Shown: positions 39,137-49,220 of the stretch, piece after piece
Numbering within the stretch: the first letter of the stretch is position 1
How the letters are laid out: each line of letters opens with the position of its first letter
Assembly (NCBI GenBank): GCA_044450345.1
Contig: JBIOIY010000002.1
Span: 154,887 to 218,886, forward strand
Source of the DNA: Thermodesulfovibrionales bacterium
GTDB taxonomy: Bacteria; Nitrospirota; Thermodesulfovibrionia; Thermodesulfovibrionales; UBA6898
Direction of reading: 5' to 3'
DNA length: 64,000 bases
Notes under the pieces: model-generated
Database searches by the model: none
Told to the model about the DNA's origin: nothing
What the model saw: only the letters and a program-made list of their open reading frames with translations
Position numbers and translations under genes: made by a program

Positions 39137-40312
39137 TCATTCCAACGGGCGTCTTGCTGCAGCTTGCTTTATCAACCCCCCTTTTTCAATCAAATAAGAG
39201 GTCCCCCTCCATAGGACCTTTCGCCCCGCAAAACTCCATGCCCATATCGCAAAGGCCGAAACGTCCTTCAGCGGCAATAGATAAAGCCATCCCAGCCACC
39301 TTCCCGAATGTATCACATAGCGATACGCTGCCCAGGCAATGGCCAGTCGCAGGAGGAGCGTCGCACTCATGACCGAAAGTGAAAAAACCGTCGGGCCGTC
39401 GGTCGCAATAAGAAGCAGGGAGAGGGGGAAGACATGAGTTATCCCATAACCGAAAAACCCCCAGGGCCTTGATGCGCGGTAGGTCCTCGCCCATCTAAGC
39501 TGATGAACAAAATATTCAGACACGGCCATATCTCCGGCGACGTCCTCGACAACATAATTGGAAAGGATTATCTTCCGCCCCTTCTTCCAAAGCCTGTTGC
39601 CTATCTGGTAGTCATCCGCCAGGTGGTCGGCTATCGCCTTCAGGCCGCCTATTGATTCAATCGCCTCCTTTGACAACAGCATCGACGCTCCAAGTCCGAA
39701 GGTAATTCCTTCCAGTTGTCGGGCAACGAGAACCGAGGGGATAAAATCCACAGCGATGGTAAGTGACTCTAGGGCGGCCCCGGAAGAGGCAGGATTCGAA
39801 ATTTTATAAAGTGAAGTGACGAGACCTACGTTCCCACTGCTCTGATATTCTCGGACAATGGTATTTAGATAATCCCCCCCCACCCTCATGTCGCTGTCGC
39901 TTATCGCCAGAAGCGGATATTTCGCCTCGTTCAGAAGTCCCTGGAGATTGGACACCTTTATGTTAACACCGATCCTCTCATTACCCACAACAACACGGAC
40001 CTTCCCGTCAGGGATCGAGTCAGCGATTTCCAGCGCGACCTTTATCGCTTCGTCGTCTTCATCTGTGAAGCCGAGGAGCACCTCGTATTCCGGGTAGTCC
40101 TGCCTGCAAAAGCTCTCTATGTTTTCCCGAAAGTCGGGATCAAGACCCTTTACCGGCTTGAGCACAGATACGGGTATGTGCCTCATCGTCTCAACGTTTC
40201 CCTTTTGCGAGGAGAAAAAACGAAGCATACAAAAGAGTGCGTATATACTGTAACCGCAGCCGGCCGCGATAATAATCGCCAGGCCCGTCTTTATACACTC
40301 AACATATATCAT
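39137..40312 (-). CDS. hpnI: Hopanoid glycosyltransferase HpnI
   Basis: VSVLKPVKG, KVSNL, ISDSD, LADDY, QLRWART. Confidence 0.9.
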   Translation of the reverse strand: MIYVECIKTGLAIIIAAGCGYSIYALFCMLRFFSSQKGNVETMRHIPVSVLKPVKGLDPDFRENIESFCRQDYPEYEVLLGFTDEDDEAIKVALEIADSIPDGKVRVVVGNERIGVNIKVSNLQGLLNEAKYPLLAISDSDMRVGGDYLNTIVREYQSSGNVGLVTSLYKISNPASSGAALESLTIAVDFIPSVLVARQLEGITFGLGASMLLSKEAIESIGGLKAIADHLADDYQIGNRLWKKGRKIILSNYVVEDVAGDMAVSEYFVHQLRWARTYRASRPWGFFGYGITHVFPLSLLLIATDGPTVFSLSVMSATLLLRLAIAWAAYRYVIHSGRWLGWLYLLPLKDVSAFAIWAWSFAGRKVLWRGTSYLIEKGGLIKQAAARRPLE

Positions 40313-40436
40313 TTATCAATCACCACCATCAAGGGTACGGCATTTCCAATATTGAAACAGCATATATGAACAAAAACAATTTCAGCTCCGAGTACAATGC
40401 CTGTTATAATCTATCCAAAATGAGTAAACTGTCAAT

Positions 40437-41195
40437 ATGAAAAAAATACTGATTTGTGCGCCGCTTGCCCGGGAATTAAAATATGTGCTAAGCAACTTTC
40501 CGGCGGGGAGGAGGGAGTGGACTTCAGGTGGTATTTTTTCGGTCCAAACAACATCCGGTGAGATCGTCTTGCTTCGGACCGGAATCGGCACTCACCACTC
40601 TGAGTCTTCATTAACAACTCTGTTAGGCGAACTTCGCCCTGACCTCATAGTATCGCTCGGCTTCGCAGGTGCACTCTATGAAGGGTTGGCTGCAGGTGAT
40701 CTTATCTGGGCATCGAGGGTTTTCTTTCTCTCCGATAGGACTCCGGACACTAAAGGCCCTGAACTCCCTGAAATCCCCTTGCCCGAGTCGAAGAGAGTAG
40801 CGGATAAACTGGCCGGGATAATATCTTTTCGCGAGGGATGCATAGTGACCTTGGAGAGCCTTGTGAAAAAGCCGGAAATCAGAAAAAGGTTGCCTGCCAA
40901 AATCTCTTTCCCGGTTTGCGATATGGAAACTTTTGTCCTCGCGAGGACCGCAACCCGGCAGGGCATTCCCTTTTTTGCGGCCCGTTCCATCTCGGATACG
41001 TCAGACCATGAGATTCCGCCCGAGCTGCTGGATATATTCGATGAATCAGGCAAAATCCTATATTTCCGCCTCTCTAAAAGGGTTTTGTATAAGCCGGGAC
41101 TTCTAATGGATATGGTACGTCTGCGAAGGAATTCCGAAAGGGCAGCCAAAAGCCTCGGCAACCTTGTAAAGTCTTTTCTCGATACCGCTGCCTAA
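40437..41195 (+). CDS. hpnG: Nucleoside phosphorylase-like protein HpnG
   Basis: TGIG, SLGFAGAL, CDMET, RSISD; located in hpn cluster. Confidence 0.8.
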   Translation: MKKILICAPLARELKYVLSNFPAGRREWTSGGIFSVQTTSGEIVLLRTGIGTHHSESSLTTLLGELRPDLIVSLGFAGALYEGLAAGDLIWASRVFFLSDRTPDTKGPELPEIPLPESKRVADKLAGIISFREGCIVTLESLVKKPEIRKRLPAKISFPVCDMETFVLARTATRQGIPFFAARSISDTSDHEIPPELLDIFDESGKILYFRLSKRVLYKPGLLMDMVRLRRNSERAAKSLGNLVKSFLDTAA

Positions 41196-41203
41196 TATAC
41201 CTG

Positions 41204-41344
41204 CTAATAGTGCACTTCATGGCCGGTATGACCCGGATGCATCTCGGGTGTCCGGTCTCCCTGATCCTGATATTGATAAGTGGCGCAGCCGGTCAAAATT
41301 GCAGCGATAATCAACATCAAGATGAAGCTCAGTATTCTTTTCAT
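41204..41344 (-). CDS. 46-aa His-rich lipoprotein (not in the ORF track)
   Basis: AAAGGAGG RBS; MKRILSFILMLIIAAILTG-C-ATYQYQDQGDRTPEMHPGHTGHEVHY. Confidence 0.8.
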   Translation of the reverse strand: MKRILSFILMLIIAAILTGCATYQYQDQGDRTPEMHPGHTGHEVHY

Positions 41345-41468
41345 TATATCCTCCTTTGCCCGTCGGGTTTACCTTCTTTAACCATAGCGCAAAAAATCCC
41401 GGCCGGCAACTCAACTGCAAACGGCAAGAGGCAGATAGAATCGTAGCTTTAAGCTCAATAACACTGCT

Positions 41469-42275
41469 CTATTTTGCATTCTCCCGGAGGTAGAGCTTCT
41501 CTTTCATGAAATAATACAAGAGCACAGTCGGACATAAGACAATAAAAATCCCCACCCATCCCATAGTGTACTCGCCGATAAAAAAGGTAATAACCAGATT
41601 GAAGGCCAGGACCGAGTAATACAGTACCGGGCCTAAGACGTATCCCAAGGAAACATTGTGACCGGCAATATTTTTTGCGTCGTTCAAATATCTGTCTATC
41701 CTCTGAAGAGCAAAGATCAGTACAAAGCCGACCACAAACCAACCGATAAAGTTCGAGATAGGCACTCCGAAATAGATGCCTCCACCCGGATATTCGTGTA
41801 TCCTGCCGAGGAACCACCTGTCTCCCCGTAAAGCAACCGGGTCTATAATAATATCTAGATATGTCATGAATAAAGCACCAAGCGCCGTTGCAGGAAGCGA
41901 ATTGCGTATTTTTTTTGTCTCGAGCACGTAAAACAAACCCCTGATGCTTTTGACAGGGGAAAGCACCATGACCGCCATGGAGAAACTCGCATACGAAAGA
42001 AACACATAACTCAGGGAATCCATGAAAGGCACTCCAAAGACCCATAGCTCCTTTGTCTTAGTCGCCTCGATATATCGATAGTATCCGTACGGAAAGCCGT
42101 TGTGTATGGAAGAATACTCAGACAGCCAGGTTATTGCATACCCGACGATGCAGAAAAAGAGCGCCCTCTTCAACCCGAGATGAGCAGAACAGCCGATCAA
42201 ATAGATAAGAAAAAAAATAAAGACATACGGCCTGAGTAAAATGGTATTTAAGAAAAGGGCAGGGAGGGACTCCAT
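41469..42275 (-). CDS. CruF/DUF422 carotenoid-hydratase-like membrane protein
   Basis: SEYSSIHNGFPYGYY.Y, FGVP, DIIIDPVA, YFGVPISNFIGWF. Confidence 0.85.
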   Translation of the reverse strand: MESLPALFLNTILLRPYVFIFFLIYLIGCSAHLGLKRALFFCIVGYAITWLSEYSSIHNGFPYGYYRYIEATKTKELWVFGVPFMDSLSYVFLSYASFSMAVMVLSPVKSIRGLFYVLETKKIRNSLPATALGALFMTYLDIIIDPVALRGDRWFLGRIHEYPGGGIYFGVPISNFIGWFVVGFVLIFALQRIDRYLNDAKNIAGHNVSLGYVLGPVLYYSVLAFNLVITFFIGEYTMGWVGIFIVLCPTVLLYYFMKEKLYLRENAK

Positions 42276-43279
42276 CAGCCCGTTTTAAGGTTCCAGATCA
42301 GCAGCCTTATAAGGTCTCTCGGGCTCGAGAAGGCACACCTCATAGAAGTGGCCTCATAGCCACTATGCACCATACAATTTCTGCACCTGGGGTCGAAGCC
42401 GGTCCCGTACTTGTCCCACTGCGTTTTTTCCATCATCTCTTCGTACGACCCGTAATAGGCGTCGGTGATCAGGTAACACGGAGATTTCCAGCCGAGGGGG
42501 TTCCGCGTGGGATTCCCCCATGGAGTGCACCGCATATCCTTCTCTCCCTTAAGAAAATCCACATACACGGGGGAGTTCAGGAACGGGAATCTGGAAAAGA
42601 AATCCGCCATATCCCTGAACCTCGCGACCGCCTCCTCCCGGTTGAGGAATATGTCATCTCCGACACTTTCATAACTGAATGCCGGAGATATGAGCGTCCC
42701 GTCAACGCCGAGAGAGGTAAGGGTCTCAAACAGCTTCCCGAGTTCCCCCTTCTCGGAGTTCTTGTATACCGAGGTATTCGTGCTTACCCTGAACCCCTTC
42801 TTCTTCGCCCTCTGAATATTCTCCAGGGCCTTCCTGAACGTGCCCGGCCTTTTCGTTATCCCGTCATGGGTCTGTTCAAGACCGTCGAGGTGGAAATTGA
42901 GCGTAAGCCTCGGTTGAGGACTGAATTCGTCGATAAAGGATTCGGTGAGCAAACCATTCGTGCAGAGGTAGATATGTTTCTTCATTTCGAGCAGCTCATT
43001 GACAAGGGGAATAAGGTGGGGATAGAGAAGGGGCTCGCCGCCGGTGATCGTAACTACAGGGGCCCTCGATTCCTTAACAGACTCTATGCATTCCTCCAGA
43101 GTCAGGTCTTCGGACTGTTCTTCATTATGCAGCCTTATCCTGTCGCATCCGGCGCATGCCAGATTGCACCGGTGCGTGGGCTCGAGCATGAGGACCAGGG
43201 GGAAACGCTTCACGCCCTCAAGAAAGTTCTTTATAAAAAAAACCGTCAGGGACGAATAGAGTGCTGCAGGAAATCGCAT
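42275..43279 (-). CDS. hpnH: Adenosyl-hopene transferase HpnH (radical SAM)
   Basis: FPLVLMLEP..CNLACAGC; CTPWGNPTRN; CRNCMVHSGYE. Confidence 0.95.
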   Translation of the reverse strand: MRFPAALYSSLTVFFIKNFLEGVKRFPLVLMLEPTHRCNLACAGCDRIRLHNEEQSEDLTLEECIESVKESRAPVVTITGGEPLLYPHLIPLVNELLEMKKHIYLCTNGLLTESFIDEFSPQPRLTLNFHLDGLEQTHDGITKRPGTFRKALENIQRAKKKGFRVSTNTSVYKNSEKGELGKLFETLTSLGVDGTLISPAFSYESVGDDIFLNREEAVARFRDMADFFSRFPFLNSPVYVDFLKGEKDMRCTPWGNPTRNPLGWKSPCYLITDAYYGSYEEMMEKTQWDKYGTGFDPRCRNCMVHSGYEATSMRCAFSSPRDLIRLLIWNLKTG

Positions 43280-43306
43280 GTCCTTAAATCCTCCTCGGAA
43301 TATCCG

Positions 43307-44305
43307 CTAGGCCGCCGTCTTCACGTAACCGTTTTCCATAAACCATGTCACTGCCTTCGCAACTGCGCCTTCGACCGGGCTCTGAGGCATGCCCAGTTCT
43401 TTCACGGCCTTCGAAGGGTTGAAATACATAAAATACTTTGCCATTTTCACGCCGCTCAGAGGGATAACCGGCCTTCTTCCCGACACGAGTTTCGAGATCG
43501 CCTCATCGCAGTAGGCGGCGATGAGGACCGGCAGATAGGGAAGCCTCACTCTCGGGGGTCTTCTGCCCGATACCCGGCCGAGACACTCGAGAAATTCTCT
43601 GAGCGTCATGTTCCTGTTGCCAAGGATATATCGCTGCCCCACCCTGCCGGATTCCGCGGCAAGCAGATGTCCCTCAGCAACATCCTCCACATCGACAAAA
43701 TTCAGTCCCGTGTCGAGATATGCAGGCATATGTCCCTTCAGAAAATCCACTATCATCTTGCCCGTAGGGGTCGGTTTAGCATCCATCGGTCCCACAGGAG
43801 TGGAAGGGTTGACGATAACGACCGGCAGCCCTTTCTCAATAAAGCCATACACTTCCTGTTCGGCCAGGAACTTTGATTTCTTGTAATCCCCTACCATGTC
43901 GCTGAAACATACAGGGGTCTCTTCATTGGAGGGGTTCCCGTTTACACTCGCCTTCAGAACTCCGACCGTGCTTGTGTAAACTACCATTTCCGTACCTCGC
44001 TGCAGTGCCGCCTCCATGACATTTCTCGTCCCCTGCACGTTTATCCCATACATAGTCGAGGGGTCGGGGACCCAGAGGCGATAATCAGCGGCAAGATGAA
44101 AGAGCAGATTACAGCCCCGCAGTGAGTTGAAGAGTGAATCGTAATCTCTCACATCGCCCGCAACTACCTCAGCGCCGAGCGACGCCAGTGCAATCGAATC
44201 GCTTTCTTTCCTTGCGATAGCCCTTACCTGAAAACCCCTGTCAAGAAGTAAACGTGCGACATGAAATCCGAGGAACCCGGTCGCTCCGGTAACAAGGGCC
44301 TTCAC
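43307..44305 (-). CDS. hpnA: Hopanoid-associated sugar epimerase HpnA
   Basis: VTGATGFLG, AADYRLWVPD, YKKSK, KPTPTG; GTG start overlapping the shc stop. Confidence 0.93.
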   Translation of the reverse strand: MKALVTGATGFLGFHVARLLLDRGFQVRAIARKESDSIALASLGAEVVAGDVRDYDSLFNSLRGCNLLFHLAADYRLWVPDPSTMYGINVQGTRNVMEAALQRGTEMVVYTSTVGVLKASVNGNPSNEETPVCFSDMVGDYKKSKFLAEQEVYGFIEKGLPVVIVNPSTPVGPMDAKPTPTGKMIVDFLKGHMPAYLDTGLNFVDVEDVAEGHLLAAESGRVGQRYILGNRNMTLREFLECLGRVSGRRPPRVRLPYLPVLIAAYCDEAISKLVSGRRPVIPLSGVKMAKYFMYFNPSKAVKELGMPQSPVEGAVAKAVTWFMENGYVKTAA

Positions 44306-46317
44306 TACCGGCAGCCTCCGTTGGTGTTTTTCGAATAGAACTTCCCAAGGGCCATCATAGGAAAGCAATTTCTATAATTATGATATCTGAGCATAAAATA
44401 CTTCGGGAAACCCGTACCGGTAAACCACTCCTCATCCCAGGTACCGTCGTCCTTCTGCCTCTTGAGCAGATACCTCACGCCGCGCATTACCTCTTCAGAC
44501 GTCTCTTCTTCTATCGCCATCAAGGCCAACATGGCCCAGGCAGTCTGTGACGGAGTACTGGCCCCCCGGCATTTCAATGAATGGTCCGCATAAGACTCGC
44601 AGCATTCTCCCCAGCCGCCGTCATGGTTCTGGTGGCCCTTGATCCATCGGACTGCCTTTCTCACGCAAGGCGCCGTCACATTTTCCCCGACCGACCCCAG
44701 CCCGCAAAGGACAGCGCAGGTACCGTAGATGTGATTTACCCCCCATCTGCCCCACCATGACCCGTCGTCATCCTGTGTCTTCCTGAGAAATTTTATCGCC
44801 TTCTTCACGGCACGGTCGCTCGTGCGGTATCCTACCTGACCGAGGAGTTCAAGCACCCTTCCGGTCAGGTCCGGCGTACTTGGATCGATCATCGCCTCAA
44901 GATCTCCCAAAGGGAGCTGATTCAATATCCTCATATTATTGTCGACATCGAAGGCGCCCCAGCCGCCGTCCCTGCCCTGCATTCCCAATATCCATGCAAG
45001 TCCCTTCTCAAGGTTCGCACGGTCTATCAAGCCGTCATCGGCATAACGGTGAAGCAGCATCAAAACGACCGCACTGTCGTCCACGTCGGGATACCAGCTG
45101 TTTTCGAATTCGAATGCCCACCCCCCGGGATCGAGGTCGGGTCTTCTTATGCTCCAGTCGCCCTTCTTTAATATCTGCTTCGAGGCGAGCCACTTGCACG
45201 CCCCGGTGAGACTGGGGTGGTCTCTCTCTACCCCGGCATGCAGAAGGGCCAGCGAAGTCAGAGCAGTGTCCCATACGGGGGAGATACACGACTGGAGCAC
45301 CAATTCACCGTCTTTTTCTAAAGTAAAACGTTCGAGTGCCTCAAGTCCCTTTCTGATTGGTTCGTGGGAAACTGCATGACCCAAAGATGAGAGTGCAAGG
45401 ATAGAATTCACCATCGCGGGTTGGATCCCTCCCCAGTCTCCGGTATGTTCCTGGTGCTCACGGACCCATCGCTCCGTAAACCTCATCGCCCTCTTTCTAA
45501 ACACCCTGAAAGGCGTGCCTTCGACCGCCTTTATCACCCTGTCGAGGATCAGGAAAAACCTCTTCCATGAAAAAGGCGAAAGCTTCTTTGGAGAGAGTGA
45601 CGGCACATTTTCAGGGGACTTGTATAGCTCCCTTATCCTTGCACTTTCCGGGATAGGTCTCACCGGTCTCATATCAAGGACGATCGACAGTGGAACGAAG
45701 GTAGATCTCGCCCAGCTGGACATGCGGTAAATGCTCATCGGAAACCAACTCGGCATCAGGTTGAATTCCACCGGTATCGAAGGGATGGCTTTCCAGTAGA
45801 ACTCGCCAAACAGGGCCAGGAATATCCTGGTGAAAACTCTGCAGCCCTCAATCCCGCCGCTTTCAAGAATAAACTCCCTGGCCTTCCTCAAAGGGAGATC
45901 ATCGGCGGAAAAGCCGATCAGTTTGAGCGCAAAATATGCCTCTACAGTCGTACTGAGGTCCCCCTCGCCGCCCCAGTGAATGGCCCAAGTGCCGTCGGGT
46001 CTCTGGTTGTTCAGGATGTGGCGCGCGATTCTTTCATCCCTCTCCTCATCGCGTAATCCAAGGAAATGAAGCAGCATCAGGTATTCGGAGGTGATCGTCA
46101 CGTTTGACTCCAGCTCATACCACCAGTAGCCGTCCTCGTGTTGTTCCTCCAGATAATTGCGGATCGTCTTATCCATCGCCCTCTCTATTTCCTCGCTCAG
46201 GACCTCGAGCCTCTGCAGAGATACAGACGCATTCTTGCATTCGGATGGCGAGACAGTCGATACGAACCCGAAATATCTTCCGATGATCCTGCTCATCTCT
46301 CCGTTTATCAGATCCAT
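44305..46317 (-). CDS. shc: Squalene-hopene cyclase
   Basis: SPVWDT, YPDVDDSA (DXDD), QW repeats, TGTGFP. Confidence 0.98.
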   Translation of the reverse strand: MDLINGEMSRIIGRYFGFVSTVSPSECKNASVSLQRLEVLSEEIERAMDKTIRNYLEEQHEDGYWWYELESNVTITSEYLMLLHFLGLRDEERDERIARHILNNQRPDGTWAIHWGGEGDLSTTVEAYFALKLIGFSADDLPLRKAREFILESGGIEGCRVFTRIFLALFGEFYWKAIPSIPVEFNLMPSWFPMSIYRMSSWARSTFVPLSIVLDMRPVRPIPESARIRELYKSPENVPSLSPKKLSPFSWKRFFLILDRVIKAVEGTPFRVFRKRAMRFTERWVREHQEHTGDWGGIQPAMVNSILALSSLGHAVSHEPIRKGLEALERFTLEKDGELVLQSCISPVWDTALTSLALLHAGVERDHPSLTGACKWLASKQILKKGDWSIRRPDLDPGGWAFEFENSWYPDVDDSAVVLMLLHRYADDGLIDRANLEKGLAWILGMQGRDGGWGAFDVDNNMRILNQLPLGDLEAMIDPSTPDLTGRVLELLGQVGYRTSDRAVKKAIKFLRKTQDDDGSWWGRWGVNHIYGTCAVLCGLGSVGENVTAPCVRKAVRWIKGHQNHDGGWGECCESYADHSLKCRGASTPSQTAWAMLALMAIEEETSEEVMRGVRYLLKRQKDDGTWDEEWFTGTGFPKYFMLRYHNYRNCFPMMALGKFYSKNTNGGCR

Positions 46318-46330
46318 CTGCCCCCCTCTT

Positions 46331-46771
46331 TCATTTCTTCACACCCTCCGAAAAAGAATTACTCTCTCCCCGTGCCTCCGGCGACGGCCCTGTTCTCTGC
46401 CTGCCGTCAAGCGCGATGAGCGTAATCCCGACAATTATAACAACGGTCCCGGTCCATCGCAACCACGTCACGTCTTCTTTCAGAAAGACCCTCGCAAGGA
46501 CAGCCGCAAAAATATAGGACACCGCAGTGAGGGGAAGTACAAAACTGAGGTCCGCCCACGAAAGTGCGATGAGATAGAGGAAAAAATAGACCGCGAGGAA
46601 GATGACACCTAAAAAAATGTATGAATTCCTCACGACGGACAGGACGAGCTTTATCCAGTGGCTGAACTCCCCCATGTCCACCTGCCCGCCCCTCTTCATC
46701 GCATAGCTCAGCAGCGCCTCTCCGATCGCGGCGCTCACGGCGGCCAGAAATGCTACAACGAAGGTCTTCAT
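46331..46771 (-). CDS. EamA/DMT-family small transporter
   Basis: ALSWADLSFVLPLTA..FLKEDV..RW; ATGA overlap with hpnK. Confidence 0.85.
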   Translation of the reverse strand: MKTFVVAFLAAVSAAIGEALLSYAMKRGGQVDMGEFSHWIKLVLSVVRNSYIFLGVIFLAVYFFLYLIALSWADLSFVLPLTAVSYIFAAVLARVFLKEDVTWLRWTGTVVIIVGITLIALDGRQRTGPSPEARGESNSFSEGVKK

Positions 46772-47652
46772 ATCCTCTCCTCTGCGAAATGCAGCAGCGA
46801 CATCGGACCGGAGAGCTCTCCGTAACCTGCGGAAGTCATACCGCCGGAAACCAACCTGTCGCAAACAACCTGAGACGTAAGTGCCCTGAGTTCGGTCCGT
46901 CCGGGCCCGGTCGAAATATCAGGATGAGTAAAGATTTCGTCAACGGGGCCGGTCGCCATCTTCAGAATGCCGAGCAGGTATTCTTCATCAACGCTTCCTG
47001 TACGTGAAAGTCCGTACACATTGTCCGGCACCCTTACACCGCACCGGCGGGCCTCTCTGGCATTATAGGCCCCGAGGGGACCGAATACCACCCATTCCAG
47101 AAAAGGCATGGCCCCCCGAAGAGGTGAGCGCATGCCGACAACGACCTTCATCGGCTCCTTCGGGATCCTTATCCACCCGACATCCCTCCCGGCCGCCTCA
47201 CGACATATTATCCTGAAAAGAACGGGATGCATCTGAAGGTGATGATGTCCGTCGACATGAGAAGGGGAAATTCCGGCCTTTTCCAGACGCTCAAACTGCG
47301 CCTCCACCTCTGTTTCGATTTGTGACCGCAGACTTTTTTTAGAGTATTTGAGCCAGGCCTTCACCGGGTCCTTCTCAAAATTGCCGTCATCGTCGACAAG
47401 GTCAGGTATCCGGGAAGGCGGGGACACTGCCCTCCCGTCACAGAGCGTCACGTGAAGACCGACAGACAGGTTCTTTCTTTCCCTCGCAATCCCGACCGCG
47501 TCGTCAAAAGAGGCCCCTCCTGCCATGAGACTCGTCGAAGTGAGGATACCTTTATCATGGGCCTCGGCGACCGCTTGGTTGACGGACGGAGACCGTCCGA
47601 AATCATCCGCGACAATAACGAGAAGTCTCCTGTTGCGAAAAGCCCCAGCCAT
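46768..47652 (-). CDS. hpnK: Hopanoid biosynthesis deacetylase HpnK (ChbG/YdjC)
   Basis: ADDFG, GLHVTL, HVDGHHH, EIFTHP. Confidence 0.92.
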   Translation of the reverse strand: MAGAFRNRRLLVIVADDFGRSPSVNQAVAEAHDKGILTSTSLMAGGASFDDAVGIARERKNLSVGLHVTLCDGRAVSPPSRIPDLVDDDGNFEKDPVKAWLKYSKKSLRSQIETEVEAQFERLEKAGISPSHVDGHHHLQMHPVLFRIICREAAGRDVGWIRIPKEPMKVVVGMRSPLRGAMPFLEWVVFGPLGAYNAREARRCGVRVPDNVYGLSRTGSVDEEYLLGILKMATGPVDEIFTHPDISTGPGRTELRALTSQVVCDRLVSGGMTSAGYGELSGPMSLLHFAEERI

Positions 47653-49076
47653 CAGGACCCGACGACTTCCTTCCTCTTCGCCATGAAAGAGAAAAACTCC
47701 CTGCCTTCTCTTATCCTCCGGGCAAATTCATGCCTGTCTTGAAGCATCTCCCGCATGATCCGCATAATCGGTTTCGGTCTCAGATAGAACCTTCTGTAAA
47801 AACGCTCCACCGTCTCGAAAATCTCCTCCCTTGTAAGACCGTTATATGCGATCGCCGCGTTTTGAATACCGTCTTTCGTCAGATTGTCTCCCTCACGTAC
47901 TATCCATCCCTCCCTCACTCCCTGCGCGTATATCTCGGTACCGGGATAAGGCGCAACGAGAGACACCTGAATGCTGTAAAGATCGAGTTCCAGGGCATAG
48001 CGCATGGTCTCTTCGATAGTCTCCGCTGTCTCTCCCGGAAGGCCTATGATAAAGGCGCCGTGGACAAGGATCCCGAGTTCCTTCGTAGCCTTAACAAATT
48101 CCCTTGCCTGCTCAAGGCGAATGCCCTTTTTGATATTATTCAGGATCCGCTGGTTTCCAGATTCGAATCCCACAGTCAGCAGACGCAGGCCGCATTCTTT
48201 CAACGCCTTCAGCGTTTCTCTCGACGTATTCGCCCGTGAATTGCAGGACCATATGATACCAAGGTCCTTGATCTTCCGGGCGATCTCGACCGCCCTGGGG
48301 GCATTGTCAGTAAACGTATCATCGTCGATGAAGTACTCTTTCGCCTCAGGGAAAAGCCCCTTTGCCAGGACCATTTCCTCATACACATTGCTGACGCTTC
48401 TCACCCGGTAATTGTGGCCTGATATAGTTTGCGGCCACAGACAAAAGGTACACCGGGCCCGGCAACCCCTGCCGGCATAAAACGAAATATAGGGATGTTT
48501 AAGATATCCGTTGTAATACTTGTTGATGTCAAGGTCTCTCTTATACACCCTGGTGACAAAAGGCAGGGAATCGAGGTCCTCAAGCGGGGGTCTGTCCTCA
48601 GTCCGCCTTATGCTTCCGTTTGCGCGATACGCAACGCCTTTCACCTTGTCGAAGGGGGAACCGTCAGCGATCTCTTTTATCGCAAAATCGAATTCTCCGG
48701 TGGTCACAAAATCTATTGCATTCGAACATTCGAGCGTCTCGGAAGGCATCACCATGGCATGGGCGCCGACGAGTCCGATCTTTATGCCCGGATAGTTTTC
48801 TTTTAACAGCTCGGCGACATGCGCGTCATGAGAGACTGTGGGTGTACTGGTGCTGATGACGACAAGGTCATACCTTTTTGCCTCGCGCAGCACGTCTCTA
48901 ATGTCCATGTCGGCCGGGGGTGCATCGAGGAGACGGCTTTCCGTAATCATACCCGCAGGATAGGCCAGCCACGTGGGATACCAGAAAGACCGTATTTCAC
49001 GCCTCGCCTGATAACGGGAACCCGCGCCGCCGTCGAAACCTCCGAAGGACGGCGGATTAAGCAATAAAGTGCGCAT
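47652..49076 (-). CDS. hpnJ: Hopanoid biosynthesis radical SAM protein HpnJ
   Basis: FDGGAGSRYQA.REI.SFWYPTWLA; GCRARCTFCLWPQT. Confidence 0.95.
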   Translation of the reverse strand: MRTLLLNPPSFGGFDGGAGSRYQARREIRSFWYPTWLAYPAGMITESRLLDAPPADMDIRDVLREAKRYDLVVISTSTPTVSHDAHVAELLKENYPGIKIGLVGAHAMVMPSETLECSNAIDFVTTGEFDFAIKEIADGSPFDKVKGVAYRANGSIRRTEDRPPLEDLDSLPFVTRVYKRDLDINKYYNGYLKHPYISFYAGRGCRARCTFCLWPQTISGHNYRVRSVSNVYEEMVLAKGLFPEAKEYFIDDDTFTDNAPRAVEIARKIKDLGIIWSCNSRANTSRETLKALKECGLRLLTVGFESGNQRILNNIKKGIRLEQAREFVKATKELGILVHGAFIIGLPGETAETIEETMRYALELDLYSIQVSLVAPYPGTEIYAQGVREGWIVREGDNLTKDGIQNAAIAYNGLTREEIFETVERFYRRFYLRPKPIMRIMREMLQDRHEFARRIREGREFFSFMAKRKEVVGS

Positions 49077-49151
49077 ATTTCTCCTTCACGGAACGAACTG
49101 AATTAAAGGCAACAAATAAACCGCTTACAAGGCGGCAGTCAAACACTATAT

Positions 49152-49179
49152 ATTGTAGCAGATCGTCCCTCATTTTCAA
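49152..49179 (-). promoter_or_regulatory. Putative promoter of hpnJ
   Basis: TTGAAA-16nt-(TG)TACAAT. Confidence 0.55.
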
Positions 49180-49220
49180 ATAAAAACCGCCATTTACCTT
49201 CAAAAAAAGGGCCTCTTCCT

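Noticed and set aside
42365..43876. 503-aa plus-strand ORF and similar long antisense ORFs (e.g. 18971-20098, 17517-18377)
   Set aside because: Shadow frames of well-supported genes with no recognisable motifs
49143..49158. NrdR-box-like ACACTATATATTGTAG upstream of hpnJ
   Set aside because: Single copy, overlaps a predicted -10 box, not at an RNR gene; NrdR boxes usually occur in pairs
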